The notes under the pieces are model-generated. The model was not told the origin of the DNA. It saw only the letters and a list, made by a program, of their open reading frames with translations, and did not search any database. From Planctomycetaceae bacterium (GTDB lineage Bacteria > Planctomycetota > SZUA-567), in contig JAJQFC010000024.1 in NCBI GenBank assembly GCA_021201355.1, forward strand, positions 206 to 64,205: a stretch of DNA of 64,000 nucleotides, written 5' to 3'. The translations under genes were made by a program, and so were the position numbers. Positions 10,137 through 19,870 of the stretch are shown here, in pieces; position 1 is the stretch's first letter, and each line of letters begins with the position of its first letter.

Positions 10137-11129
10137 TTACCCCATCGTAAGAAAGGCCTCTTCGGCGTTATAACTCGACCGGACAAACGGCGAACAGGCC
10201 ACCGCCTTGAAGCCGAGGCCCCGGAGTTCCTGTTCCAGATCGGCGAACTCCTCCGGCGTGACAAAACGTTCGACCGGGAGCGTTCGGGCCGAACGGGGCT
10301 GAAGGTATTGGCCGACGGTGATGCTGTCGACGCCGACGTCACGAAGGGCGACGGCCGCATCGACTATTTCCTCCAGTTCCTCGCCGAGGCCGACCATGAG
10401 GCCGGACTTTGTCACCACGTCGGGCTGGCGTTCCTTGGCGAAGTCGAGAAGGGCCAGGCTCCGGTCGAAATCCGCTTCCGGCCTGACCCGATCGTAGAGC
10501 CGTTCAACCGTTTCGAGGTTGTGGTTGTAAACGTCCGGCTTCGAATCGACCGACACCGCCCACGCCTCCTCGTCGCCCCAGAAATCGGGAACGAGAATCT
10601 CCACCGTCGTTTCGGGACTTTCCGCTCGTATCGCCGCCACCGTCGCGGCGAAGTGGGTTGCGCCGCCGTCCGGGAGGTCGTCCCGGGTGACGGACGTGAT
10701 GACGGCATGTTTAAGGCCGAGGCGGCGGACCGCCTGGGCCAGGCGGGACGGTTCTTCCGCATCGAGAGGGCCGGGCGTCCCCGACTCCATGGCGCAGAAC
10801 CGGCAGGACCGGGTACAGAACGGACCCATCAGGAGAAAAGCGGCCCGGCCCCGGCTTTTGCAGTCGAGGCTGTTCGGGCAGCGGGCGCCGCGGCAAACCG
10901 TGTCCAGGCGCAATTCCTCGAGGCAGGCGTCGACCGCGTCCTTGCCGGAACCGGCGGGGATGGATTTCTTGAGCCACGGCGGCAGTCGGCGGATCTCCCG
11001 TTTCACCTCGGCTTCGTCCGTCATGTTGTTTAGTGGAGCGTTGTCACCGGCACCGCCGGTGGCGCTCCCCGTGCCGTGGCCCGTTATATTTGCCGCAGCG
11101 TTTTTCCTGCCGTTTGATCGTTCCGACAT
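10137..11129 (-). CDS. lipA: lipoyl synthase
   Basis: Radical-SAM CTRSCRFC motif plus the N-terminal auxiliary-cluster Cys motif (CRGARCPNSLDC). Glycine-rich N-terminal extension. Confidence 0.9.
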   Translation of the reverse strand: MSERSNGRKNAAANITGHGTGSATGGAGDNAPLNNMTDEAEVKREIRRLPPWLKKSIPAGSGKDAVDACLEELRLDTVCRGARCPNSLDCKSRGRAAFLLMGPFCTRSCRFCAMESGTPGPLDAEEPSRLAQAVRRLGLKHAVITSVTRDDLPDGGATHFAATVAAIRAESPETTVEILVPDFWGDEEAWAVSVDSKPDVYNHNLETVERLYDRVRPEADFDRSLALLDFAKERQPDVVTKSGLMVGLGEELEEIVDAAVALRDVGVDSITVGQYLQPRSARTLPVERFVTPEEFADLEQELRGLGFKAVACSPFVRSSYNAEEAFLTMG

Positions 11130-11135
11130 CGGGGT

Positions 11136-12671
<1,536 letters not shown>

Positions 12672-12794
12672 GGTGATTCTCCTTTACCTCTCTTGATGGA
12701 TATGGATTCACGGAAAAACGCGTCCGTGGAAAAAATACATTCGCTGCCGGGACGGCGGCGGCGCCGACCCGGTCGCGGACACTGCGGGTCGGCG

Positions 12795-14408
12795 TTATTT
12801 GGAAAATTTGTCCGCCGCGTCAATGAACGCCAGAAACAGCGGATGCGGCCGGAGCGGGCGGCTCTTGAATTCCGGATGGGCCTGGGTGGCGACAAACCAC
12901 TGGTCGTCGCCGGGAAGTTCAATTATCTCGACAAGGCCGCTTTCCGGGTTCCGGCCGGAGATGCGGAGGCCGAAATTTTCGAGAACGCGCACCTTGTCCG
13001 GGTTGACTTCGTAGCGGTGGCGGTGGCGTTCGTCGATAAGATCGGTGCCGTAGGCGTCGCGGGCCTTCGAGCCGACATCGAGGCGGCAGGGCTGGCTGCC
13101 GAGGCGGAGCGTGCCGCCCCGGGGCGTCGCCTTGCCCTGGTTGTCGAGAAGCGTGACCCAGCATTGATCCGGGTCGAACTCCTCGCCGTTTTCGTTCCAT
13201 TCGGCGCTGACCGCGTCCGGCGCGCCGCAGACGTTCCGGGCGAACTCGATAACGGCGCACTGGAGGCCGTAGCAGAGGCCGAGGTACGGCACCTTGTTTT
13301 CCCGGGCGAAGCGGATGGCCTTGATTTTCCCGAGGGCGCCGCGGTAGCCGAAGCCGCCCGGCACGACGATGCCGGCAAAATCCCGGAGCATTTCCTCGGC
13401 GCCGTCCCGTTCGAGATCCTCGGCTTCAATCCAGGTTAGGTCGAGGCGGGCGTTCCGCGCCGCCGTGGCGTGGAGAAGGGCCTCGTTCAGGGATTTATAG
13501 GCGTCGGCCATGGCGGAGTACTTGCCGACGGCGGCGATTTTCACCACCCGTTCCGACTCCACCGCTTCGCAGAACCGCCGCCACGGCGTCATGTCGATGT
13601 TCCGGTACGGCAGGCCGAGACGTTCCGACAGGAGGCGGTCGAGGCCCTGATCGTAGAGTTTGTCCGGCACCTTGTAGATTGGCTTGACGTCCGGCACTTC
13701 GATGACCCGTTCCGGACGGATATTTGTATGGAGCGCCAGCTTCGCCCGCGCCTCCGGCGTGATGTGGCCTTCGATGCGGCAAAGGAGAAAATCCATGTGG
13801 AGGCCGCATTCCCGGAGTTTTTGCGCCGAGTGCTGGGCCGGTTTCGTCTTCAGGTCGCTGCCGCCCGCCAGCATGCCGGGCAGGAGGACGAGGTGGAGAA
13901 GGACAGCGTCGCCTTTGCCGCGTTCGAGCATGAACTGGCGGATGGCTTCGACATAGGGCATGCCTTCGATGTCGCCGATGGTGCCGCCGAGTTCGACGAG
14001 GGTGACGTCGGCGCCCTGGGAGGCGTTGACGATGGCTTGCTTAATGGCGTCGACGACGTGGGGGATGACCTGGACGGTGTCGCCGCCGTAGGCGCCCTGG
14101 CGTTCCCGTTCGAGAACGGCGCCGTAAATCTGGCCGGTGGTGACGTTGGAGCGGCGGCCGAGGGTGACGTCGGCGAAGCGTTCGTAGTGGCCGAGGTCGA
14201 GGTCGGTTTCGGCGCCGTCTTCGGTGACGAAGACCTCGCCGTGCTGGTAGGGATTCATGGTGCCGGCGTCGCGGTTGAGATAGGGGTCGAACTTGAGGAA
14301 CGAGACCGTGAGGCCGCAGCCCCGGAGCAGCAATCCGAGGGAGGCGGAGACGACGCCTTTTCCAAGGGAACTGACAACGCCGCCGGTGATAAAGATAAAT
14401 TTGCTCAT
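12795..14408 (-). CDS. pyrG: CTP synthase
   Basis: MSKFIFITGGVVSSLGKG N-terminus and GATase motif GLCYGLQ. 537 aa. Confidence 0.95.
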   Translation of the reverse strand: MSKFIFITGGVVSSLGKGVVSASLGLLLRGCGLTVSFLKFDPYLNRDAGTMNPYQHGEVFVTEDGAETDLDLGHYERFADVTLGRRSNVTTGQIYGAVLERERQGAYGGDTVQVIPHVVDAIKQAIVNASQGADVTLVELGGTIGDIEGMPYVEAIRQFMLERGKGDAVLLHLVLLPGMLAGGSDLKTKPAQHSAQKLRECGLHMDFLLCRIEGHITPEARAKLALHTNIRPERVIEVPDVKPIYKVPDKLYDQGLDRLLSERLGLPYRNIDMTPWRRFCEAVESERVVKIAAVGKYSAMADAYKSLNEALLHATAARNARLDLTWIEAEDLERDGAEEMLRDFAGIVVPGGFGYRGALGKIKAIRFARENKVPYLGLCYGLQCAVIEFARNVCGAPDAVSAEWNENGEEFDPDQCWVTLLDNQGKATPRGGTLRLGSQPCRLDVGSKARDAYGTDLIDERHRHRYEVNPDKVRVLENFGLRISGRNPESGLVEIIELPGDDQWFVATQAHPEFKSRPLRPHPLFLAFIDAADKFSK

Positions 14409-14440
14409 GATGGACGAATCCGCATATGGCCGAGTGTAGA

Positions 14441-14543
14441 GTACAATAAAATGGGAAACGCAACCGACCGGGCTTTACCCGGTCGACGGAGAAGCTGATT
14501 CGGAATAATCTGTCAAGTATAGCCCCGGCGTCACGTTCGCCAA
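14441..14543 (-). promoter_or_regulatory. candidate pyrG promoter plus leader hairpin / U-tract (possible attenuator)
   Basis: On the minus strand: TTGGCG-16 nt-TATACT (14543-14516), then stem CGACCGGG / CCCGGTCG (14485-14465) followed by a T-rich tract. This lies about 60 nt before the pyrG ATG. Confidence 0.35.
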
Positions 14544-14715
14544 AGAAAAATTCGTCTGCTGCCGATAAATAAGGAGGCGGTTTCACAACCGGTCCTGTCG
14601 GGCGACCGACGGAACGGTCACGGGACAGCCACGAAAGCGATCCCGCGCGGTGAGGGGTTACCCCGTAATCGGGCCTGGCCGGCGATGGCCGATGCAGGTC
14701 CGGGGAGACGCAGTC

Positions 14716-14958
14716 ATGACGGACAAGGCGCATTTCAGCATCAAAGAACGGCCGGAAACGGACGTGTATGTCACCGACAACGGCTTTATCGGCATCCGCC
14801 AGCGCCTTCGCGGCGAGGAGACCCTCATCCTCCTCACCGTTGAAGAAACGGACAAAATCATCGGCTTCCTTCGCGCCAGCGCGAAACAAGTGCTCCGCGA
14901 CCGGGAACACGCCTCCGCCAACGCCGCGTCGCCCGCTCCCGGAAAGGGCCTCCGATGA
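14716..14958 (+). CDS. hypothetical small protein
   Basis: ATG 14716 (MTDKAHFSIKERPE...). 4-nt ATGA overlap with ldhA suggests translational coupling. No recognisable domain. Confidence 0.5.
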   Translation: MTDKAHFSIKERPETDVYVTDNGFIGIRQRLRGEETLILLTVEETDKIIGFLRASAKQVLRDREHASANAASPAPGKGLR

Positions 14959-15971
14959 AAACCCTCGTCTACAGCACCAGGCCGGACACCCGGTCGACGT
15001 TCGACGCGATGAACAGCCGGTTCAACCACCAGCTCGACTATACCGAGGCGAAACTGGCCTCGGAAACCGCCGCCCTGGCACGCGGCTACGAGGCGGTATG
15101 CATCTTCGTGAACGACAACGCGAACGCGGACAGCCTGAACGGCCTCGCCGACGCCGGCGTCAGACTGGTCGCGCTCCGCGCCGCCGGGTATAATAACGTC
15201 GACCTGGAGGTGGCGGCGCGGCGCGGCCTCACCGTCTGCCGGGTGCCGGCCTACAGCCCGCACGCCGTCGCCGAGCACGCGGTCGCCCTGATCCTGACCC
15301 TGAACCGGAAAACCCACCGCGCCCACGACCGCGTCCGGGAAGGAAATTTTTCCCTCGACGGGCTTATGGGATTCGACATGTACGGGAAAACCGCCGGCAT
15401 CATCGGCACCGGTAAAATCGGGGCGATCGCGGCGGAAATCCTCCATGGCTTCGGCTGCCGCATTCTGGCGTCGGACCCGTACGTTAACCAGTCCATCGTC
15501 ACCTACGCGACCTATATGCCGGTGCCGGATCTCCTGGCGCAGTCGGACATCGTCAGCCTCCACTGCCCGCTGACGCCGGAGTCGCACCACATGATCAATT
15601 TCGACGCCCTCATGAAAATGAAAAAAGGGGCGATGCTCGTGAACACGAGCCGGGGCGGCCTTGTCGACGCCAAGGGCTGCATCGCCGCGCTGAAAATCGG
15701 GCAGCTCGGCTACCTCGGCCTCGACGTCTACGAAGAGGAGGGGGATCTGTTTTTCGAGGATCTGTCGAACCAGGTCATCCAGGACGACCTGTTCGCCCGG
15801 CTCCTCACCTTCCCGAACGTTCTGATCACCGCCCATCAGGCGTTTTTCACCCGGACGGCGATGGACAACATCGCGGAGACCACCCTCGGCAACCTCACCG
15901 CGTTCGCCGACGGAAAACCGGCCAACCTCGTCACGGCGACCGGCGTGAGCGGGCGGAACAAACCGGCGTAA
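14955..15971 (+). CDS. ldhA: D-lactate dehydrogenase (D-isomer-specific 2-hydroxyacid dehydrogenase)
   Basis: Matches my recollection of E. coli LdhA along its length (VCIFVNDN, RAAGYNNVDL, VPAYSPHAVAEHA, GKTAGIIGTGKIG). Confidence 0.9.
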   Translation: MKTLVYSTRPDTRSTFDAMNSRFNHQLDYTEAKLASETAALARGYEAVCIFVNDNANADSLNGLADAGVRLVALRAAGYNNVDLEVAARRGLTVCRVPAYSPHAVAEHAVALILTLNRKTHRAHDRVREGNFSLDGLMGFDMYGKTAGIIGTGKIGAIAAEILHGFGCRILASDPYVNQSIVTYATYMPVPDLLAQSDIVSLHCPLTPESHHMINFDALMKMKKGAMLVNTSRGGLVDAKGCIAALKIGQLGYLGLDVYEEEGDLFFEDLSNQVIQDDLFARLLTFPNVLITAHQAFFTRTAMDNIAETTLGNLTAFADGKPANLVTATGVSGRNKPA

Positions 15972-16357
15972 AGAGGGCGGCTCGGGAAGGAGCGGACGGG
16001 AACGCCTTGAAAAGCGGAACCGGTGGCCGGAAGCGTGTGAAAATTCGCGAATGCCGGCGTCGGAAGAAAACGACGGAATAGTCGAAATGGATCTCTATGA
16101 AAAGCGCTGTCGCCACGGCTCATGGCACTCGGCGCGACGCAGGCGCTTCGGCGTCGGACGCCTCAAAAAAACACCGTACCGGCCGCCGTTGCGGGCTGCC
16201 GGTGCGGATTTGTAGAATCCCTCTATGAATAAAAGATGTGGTCGTTACTCCCTAAAAACTAAAGTGACTACTCGATCTTTTCCTCCATTGGGTTTTCGAT
16301 GGTGTTTCCCGGTGCCAAGTCATTTTGACGCGTGTGGAACCTGGAGTTTTTAAGCAT

Positions 16358-16470
16358 TTTCGTGATAAATCCGAGGTAGTCGCATCCAGTCGCGTACGGG
16401 CATTTTCCTCAAACCGCCGGGAAAGATACCTCTATGCTCCTTCCAGCGACTAATCCGGATTATCACGAAA
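16358..16470. repeat. long imperfect inverted repeat (about 22 bp of pairing, 62-nt loop) in a low-GC spacer
   Basis: Left arm TTTCGTGATAAATCCGAGGTAGTCGC (16358-16383) pairs with right arm GCGACTAATCCGGATTATCACGAAA (16446-16470), with one bulge and one small internal loop. Confidence 0.6.
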
Positions 16471-16561
16471 TTCTTACAGCGCTTTAGTTGCCACGGGTGT
16501 ACGTGTTCTCGGACAGGACCGGCATGTTGCCGATTTGCGTGTCGCCGCGGTCGTTCAGCGG

Positions 16562-16813
16562 TCAGGCGAGCTTCAGCGCCACGGACCGGGGAAGACTGGC
16601 GGTGACGGACTGGCCGTCGACTACCGGAATATTGCCGATATTCGCGTCGCCCCTGTCGTTAAGCGGCCGGGCGAGGGCGAGGGCGGTATCCCGGGACAGA
16701 CCGGCGGTTTCGGGATTGCCGGACAGGGCGGGCGTGGAAACCCCAACGGTGGCGATGAGGGCGGCGGCCATGGCGACCTTGCCGAGACGGGCGATGTGGG
16801 AGGTTCCAGACAT
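16562..16813 (-). CDS. small secreted repeat protein (PLNDRGD-xx-IGN-x-PV repeats); possible TGA readthrough to 16484
   Basis: ATG 16813 is preceded by AAAGGAG with a 7-nt spacer. Signal-peptide-like N-terminus (ARLGKVAMAAALIATVGVSTPALS). The ORF ends at TGA 16562-16564. A second copy of the repeat continues in frame to TAA 16484-16486. Confidence 0.6.
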   Translation of the reverse strand: MSGTSHIARLGKVAMAAALIATVGVSTPALSGNPETAGLSRDTALALARPLNDRGDANIGNIPVVDGQSVTASLPRSVALKLA

Positions 16814-16926
16814 TGTGATTCTCCTTTTTCCTTGTGGGAGCCTGATAAATGCTTTTTCAGGCCCTGATGGCTGCCCCAACGGCAGCCCGCGGTGGGAGCG
16901 CCCTTTTCCGGATTCGGGCGCCCGTT

Positions 16927-16940
16927 TACCTAATTAGGTA
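16927..16940. promoter_or_regulatory. perfect 14-bp palindrome TACCTAATTAGGTA, candidate MarR operator
   Basis: Lies in the AT-rich divergent region between the secreted-protein gene and marR. A related half-site CTAGGTA is at 17034-17040. Confidence 0.35.
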
Positions 16941-17134
16941 GAGTTCTAACTATTGTTTTTCCTATAAAATTCACTGTCTAACAGGATTCTAACGTCCTTC
17001 GGATTATTTTAAGATTTTTCTTCGTTTATAATTCTAGGTAAATGTATAGTCGCGTTAAACCGGCGCATTCGGCCGGGTTACCGACGGCCGGAAGCGACCG
17101 CCGCCGCCGCCTTTTTTTTCGAGAGGTCCAAAGA

Positions 17135-17635
17135 ATGGCCGAGTCCGTCCGCTTTTTCACCGAGGCCGCCGTCCAGAACCGGGTCGAGGCGGTCCTCCAC
17201 CGCACCGATCACGCCATCTACAAGTACTCGAACTTCCTATTCAACCAGATAGGAAGCACCTTCCAGCAGGCCTGCGTCCTCGCCTTTATCCATTTCAACA
17301 AGGGCTGCAACCAGCGCGCCATTGAAAAGGCCCTCCAGATCAGGAGCGCCAGCGTCACCGTTCTCCTGAACACCATGGCCGGGAAGGGCATAATCGACAA
17401 GACGCGGAATCCGGTGGACGGGCGCGAGGTCATCCTCTCCCTCACGCCGAAAGGAAAACGCGTCTTGACGAAATGCCGCGAGGTCTTCGACACCATCGAG
17501 GAGGTTGTCAGCCGGGATATCCCGCCGGAAGATCTCGACACCCTGGCCCGCATCCTGACAAAAATGGCCGACAACTGCCGTCAGGCCGAAGAAATGGGCT
17601 GGCACACCATCGAGGATATGGACGATGAACCATAA
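17135..17635 (+). CDS. MarR-family transcriptional regulator
   Basis: Winged-HTH region (NQRAIEKALQIRSASVTVLLNTMAGKGIIDKTRNPVDGREVILSLTPKG). ATG 17135 with a GAGAGG SD. Confidence 0.85.
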   Translation: MAESVRFFTEAAVQNRVEAVLHRTDHAIYKYSNFLFNQIGSTFQQACVLAFIHFNKGCNQRAIEKALQIRSASVTVLLNTMAGKGIIDKTRNPVDGREVILSLTPKGKRVLTKCREVFDTIEEVVSRDIPPEDLDTLARILTKMADNCRQAEEMGWHTIEDMDDEP

Positions 17636-17749
17636 GGCGGCGTGAGGCGGGTGCGGTTTTTCCTTGACCAATCCCGGCGGTCGGTTACCCTGAATTCTTA
17701 CCTTAACGGTGTAAGAGAGCATTTCCCTGAACCCCTTTGGAGGAAACCG

Positions 17750-18256
17750 ATGTCAGCCACGTCCATGCTTGATATTGATGAAAATCTCGTCAACGTTCTT
17801 ATTAAATGCACCAAGGACGGCCTGATGATGGCCGGCCTCAAGCCCTCCGCCATCGGCCTCGCCAAGCTCCTCCACTCCAAAGGCAACGTCTCCTCCATCA
17901 TCGGATTTGTCGGACCGATGAGCGGTTCGATGATCATCAATACCTCGGACGAATGCGCCTGTTTCATGGCCGGCCGCATGCTCGGGGAAACCCTGACGAA
18001 ACTGGACAACCAGACCCTGGACGGCCTCTGCGAAATCGCCAATATTATCGCCGGGCAGGCCAAGGCGGCCCTGTCCACCACCGATTACCGCTTCGACCGG
18101 ATTTCCGTCCCGTCCGTCATCGTCGGCAACTCCTACTCCATCTCCCACTACCGGGGCATGACGTCGGTATCTGTCGAGTTCGAGCTGCCGGAGATGCCCA
18201 TCACCCCGGGTGAACGCGGCACCTTCACGGTGAATATTTCGATGATGAAAATTTAA
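17750..18256 (+). CDS. CheX-family chemotaxis phosphatase-like protein
   Basis: ATG 17750 with a GGAGG SD. CheX-like pattern (SSIIGFVGPMSGSMIIN...LCEIANIIAGQAK). Confidence 0.7.
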   Translation: MSATSMLDIDENLVNVLIKCTKDGLMMAGLKPSAIGLAKLLHSKGNVSSIIGFVGPMSGSMIINTSDECACFMAGRMLGETLTKLDNQTLDGLCEIANIIAGQAKAALSTTDYRFDRISVPSVIVGNSYSISHYRGMTSVSVEFELPEMPITPGERGTFTVNISMMKI

Positions 18257-18373
18257 TCCGGGGCGAATCGTTCAAAACACTGGTACGCTTACCGTACCGG
18301 TTTGCCGGCGGCGGCGCGGGTGACCGCCCGCTTGTGCCGAAGCCATAACCGTGATATCCCGACCCTGAACGAA

Positions 18374-18406
18374 AAGAGGGCGCTCTTGACCGAGCGCCTT
18401 CTTTTA
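18374..18406 (+). terminator. intrinsic terminator after the CheX-like gene
   Basis: Stem AAGAGGGCGCTC / GAGCGCCTTCTT followed by a short T-rich tail (TTA). Confidence 0.65.
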
Positions 18407-18446
18407 TGGAGTATTGAATTCGGCCGCGTCATTCCGGGGGTTTTCG

Positions 18447-18731
18447 ATGGCAGACAAACAGGGTCCAACCAAGCGCCAGCTCGCCGTCGCCCTCCGGTAC
18501 AACGAGGACAAGGAAGCGGCGCCGCGCGTCCTCGCCCGGGGCGCCGGCAATGTCGCCCAAAAAATCCTCGATATCGCCAAAGAACAGAAAATCCCCATCC
18601 GGGAAGACCCCGACCTTGTCGAAGCCCTGGCCAAACTCGATATCGGCTCCCTCATTCCCACCGAACTCTACCCGGCCGTGGCGGAAGTGCTCGCCTTTGT
18701 CTACCGGCAGAATCAGAAATACCGTTACTGA
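18447..18731 (+). CDS. stand-alone FlhB C-terminal-domain-like protein (EscU/YscU/HrcU family, YlqH-like)
   Basis: AVALRYNEDKEAAPRVLARGAGNVAQKILDIAKEQKIPIREDPDLVEAL...IPTELYPAVAEVLAFVY matches the FlhB C-terminal domain pattern. Confidence 0.75.
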   Translation: MADKQGPTKRQLAVALRYNEDKEAAPRVLARGAGNVAQKILDIAKEQKIPIREDPDLVEALAKLDIGSLIPTELYPAVAEVLAFVYRQNQKYRY

Positions 18732-19072
18732 GGCGGTGAAGCTACCGATGATACCATTGGTAAAAACCTTCGTATCCGTGACGGGAACGGGTGTCGCGGG
18801 CGGTCCGGGCATCATCAAGCCTGTTTTCGTTCTGCAGCGTGTGGGCCAGCCGACATGGTTGTGGCTATGTGGCAGTTATCCTTAGTTTATCCACTCTCGG
18901 GTTTCATCAGGGAGTATTGGAGGCCATGAAAAAACCTCCGGACCCGAACCGGGTGCGGAGGCATGGTGACGACTGGGAGTCGACACAGGATAAACCTGTG
19001 TCCTCTTCAGGGAGCAACACCGCCGCGCGGAGGCTGCCGACGCGCGGCGGTGACGTATGGCTTTACGGTAAA

Positions 19073-19675
19073 CTATCGGGTGGCGGTCGTAAAATCGATG
19101 TTGTTCCGGTCCATCCAGTCGCGGAATTCACGGATTTCTTCCGCCTGCTGTTCAATAATGTCTTCAGCCAGCTTCCGGATGTCCGGGTTTTTCGACATAA
19201 CGAGGGGCGGAAGGGACATGTCGATGGCGGCAGCGTGGTGCGGGATCATCTGGATGATGAAGGCGGTGTCCGGATCGCCCTGGCTGGACATCTGCATCAT
19301 CTGCTCCATGTGGGTCCGCATCTGGTCGGCGGCTTCGCGGTCTTCGCCACCGATGCGCTGGAGGATGCGGCGCATCTTCAGGACTTCTTCCTCCTGGTCT
19401 TCGATAATGTCGTCGGCCCATTCGCGAATGTGGCGGTCGCGGCTGCCGAGGAGCGGACGGGACATGTCGATGGCCCCTTCATGATGGGCGATCATCGCGG
19501 ACAGGAAGGCGCGGTCGTCGTTGACGGTCCAGTCGTGCATTGCTCCGTCACTGGTGGCGGTAGCGGTGGCAGCGGTTCCCGTGTGGTCCATCGTGCCGGT
19601 GGTGTTCATGTCCATTGCTTGTGCTCCGCAGAATGCGGAGACGCAGAGTGCCGCCAAGAGCATCACTGTTTTCAT
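19073..19675 (-). CDS. DUF305-family secreted protein
   Basis: Signal peptide, then two FLSAMIAHHEGAIDM / FIIQMIPHHAAAIDM repeats typical of DUF305. AAGGAG SD. Confidence 0.8.
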   Translation of the reverse strand: MKTVMLLAALCVSAFCGAQAMDMNTTGTMDHTGTAATATATSDGAMHDWTVNDDRAFLSAMIAHHEGAIDMSRPLLGSRDRHIREWADDIIEDQEEEVLKMRRILQRIGGEDREAADQMRTHMEQMMQMSSQGDPDTAFIIQMIPHHAAAIDMSLPPLVMSKNPDIRKLAEDIIEQQAEEIREFRDWMDRNNIDFTTATR

Positions 19676-19781
19676 TTCGTCTCCTTGAGGTTCCCCCTCG
19701 AAATATCAGGGCGGACAGACGTTACGAACGTCATATCCGGAATGGATCGTTAACGCGAAACGGTCCATAGTATCCTATCGC

Positions 19782-19816
19782 AAAAAACAAGCCGTCACCC
19801 GCATGGAGTGACGGCT
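19782..19816 (-). terminator. intrinsic terminator ending the hdr-flx-frd-like operon
   Basis: Stem AGCCGTCAC / GTGACGGCT, followed on the minus strand by TGTTTTTTG. It starts 55 nt past the flavoprotein stop. Confidence 0.75.
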
Positions 19817-19870
19817 TTGTCGTAGTAAGGTGGATTTCGGCGCTCCGTATGGTCGCCGCCGGTGCGTTTC

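Noticed and set aside
16514-16564. Selenocysteine insertion at the TGA of the secreted repeat protein
   Set aside because: I found no convincing SECIS-like hairpin immediately 3' of the TGA. The equivalent position in repeat 1 is Arg, not Cys. The protein looks exported.
18791-19753. 320-aa plus-strand ORF
   Set aside because: It lies antisense to the DUF305 gene, which has a signal peptide, a strong SD and duplicated family motifs.
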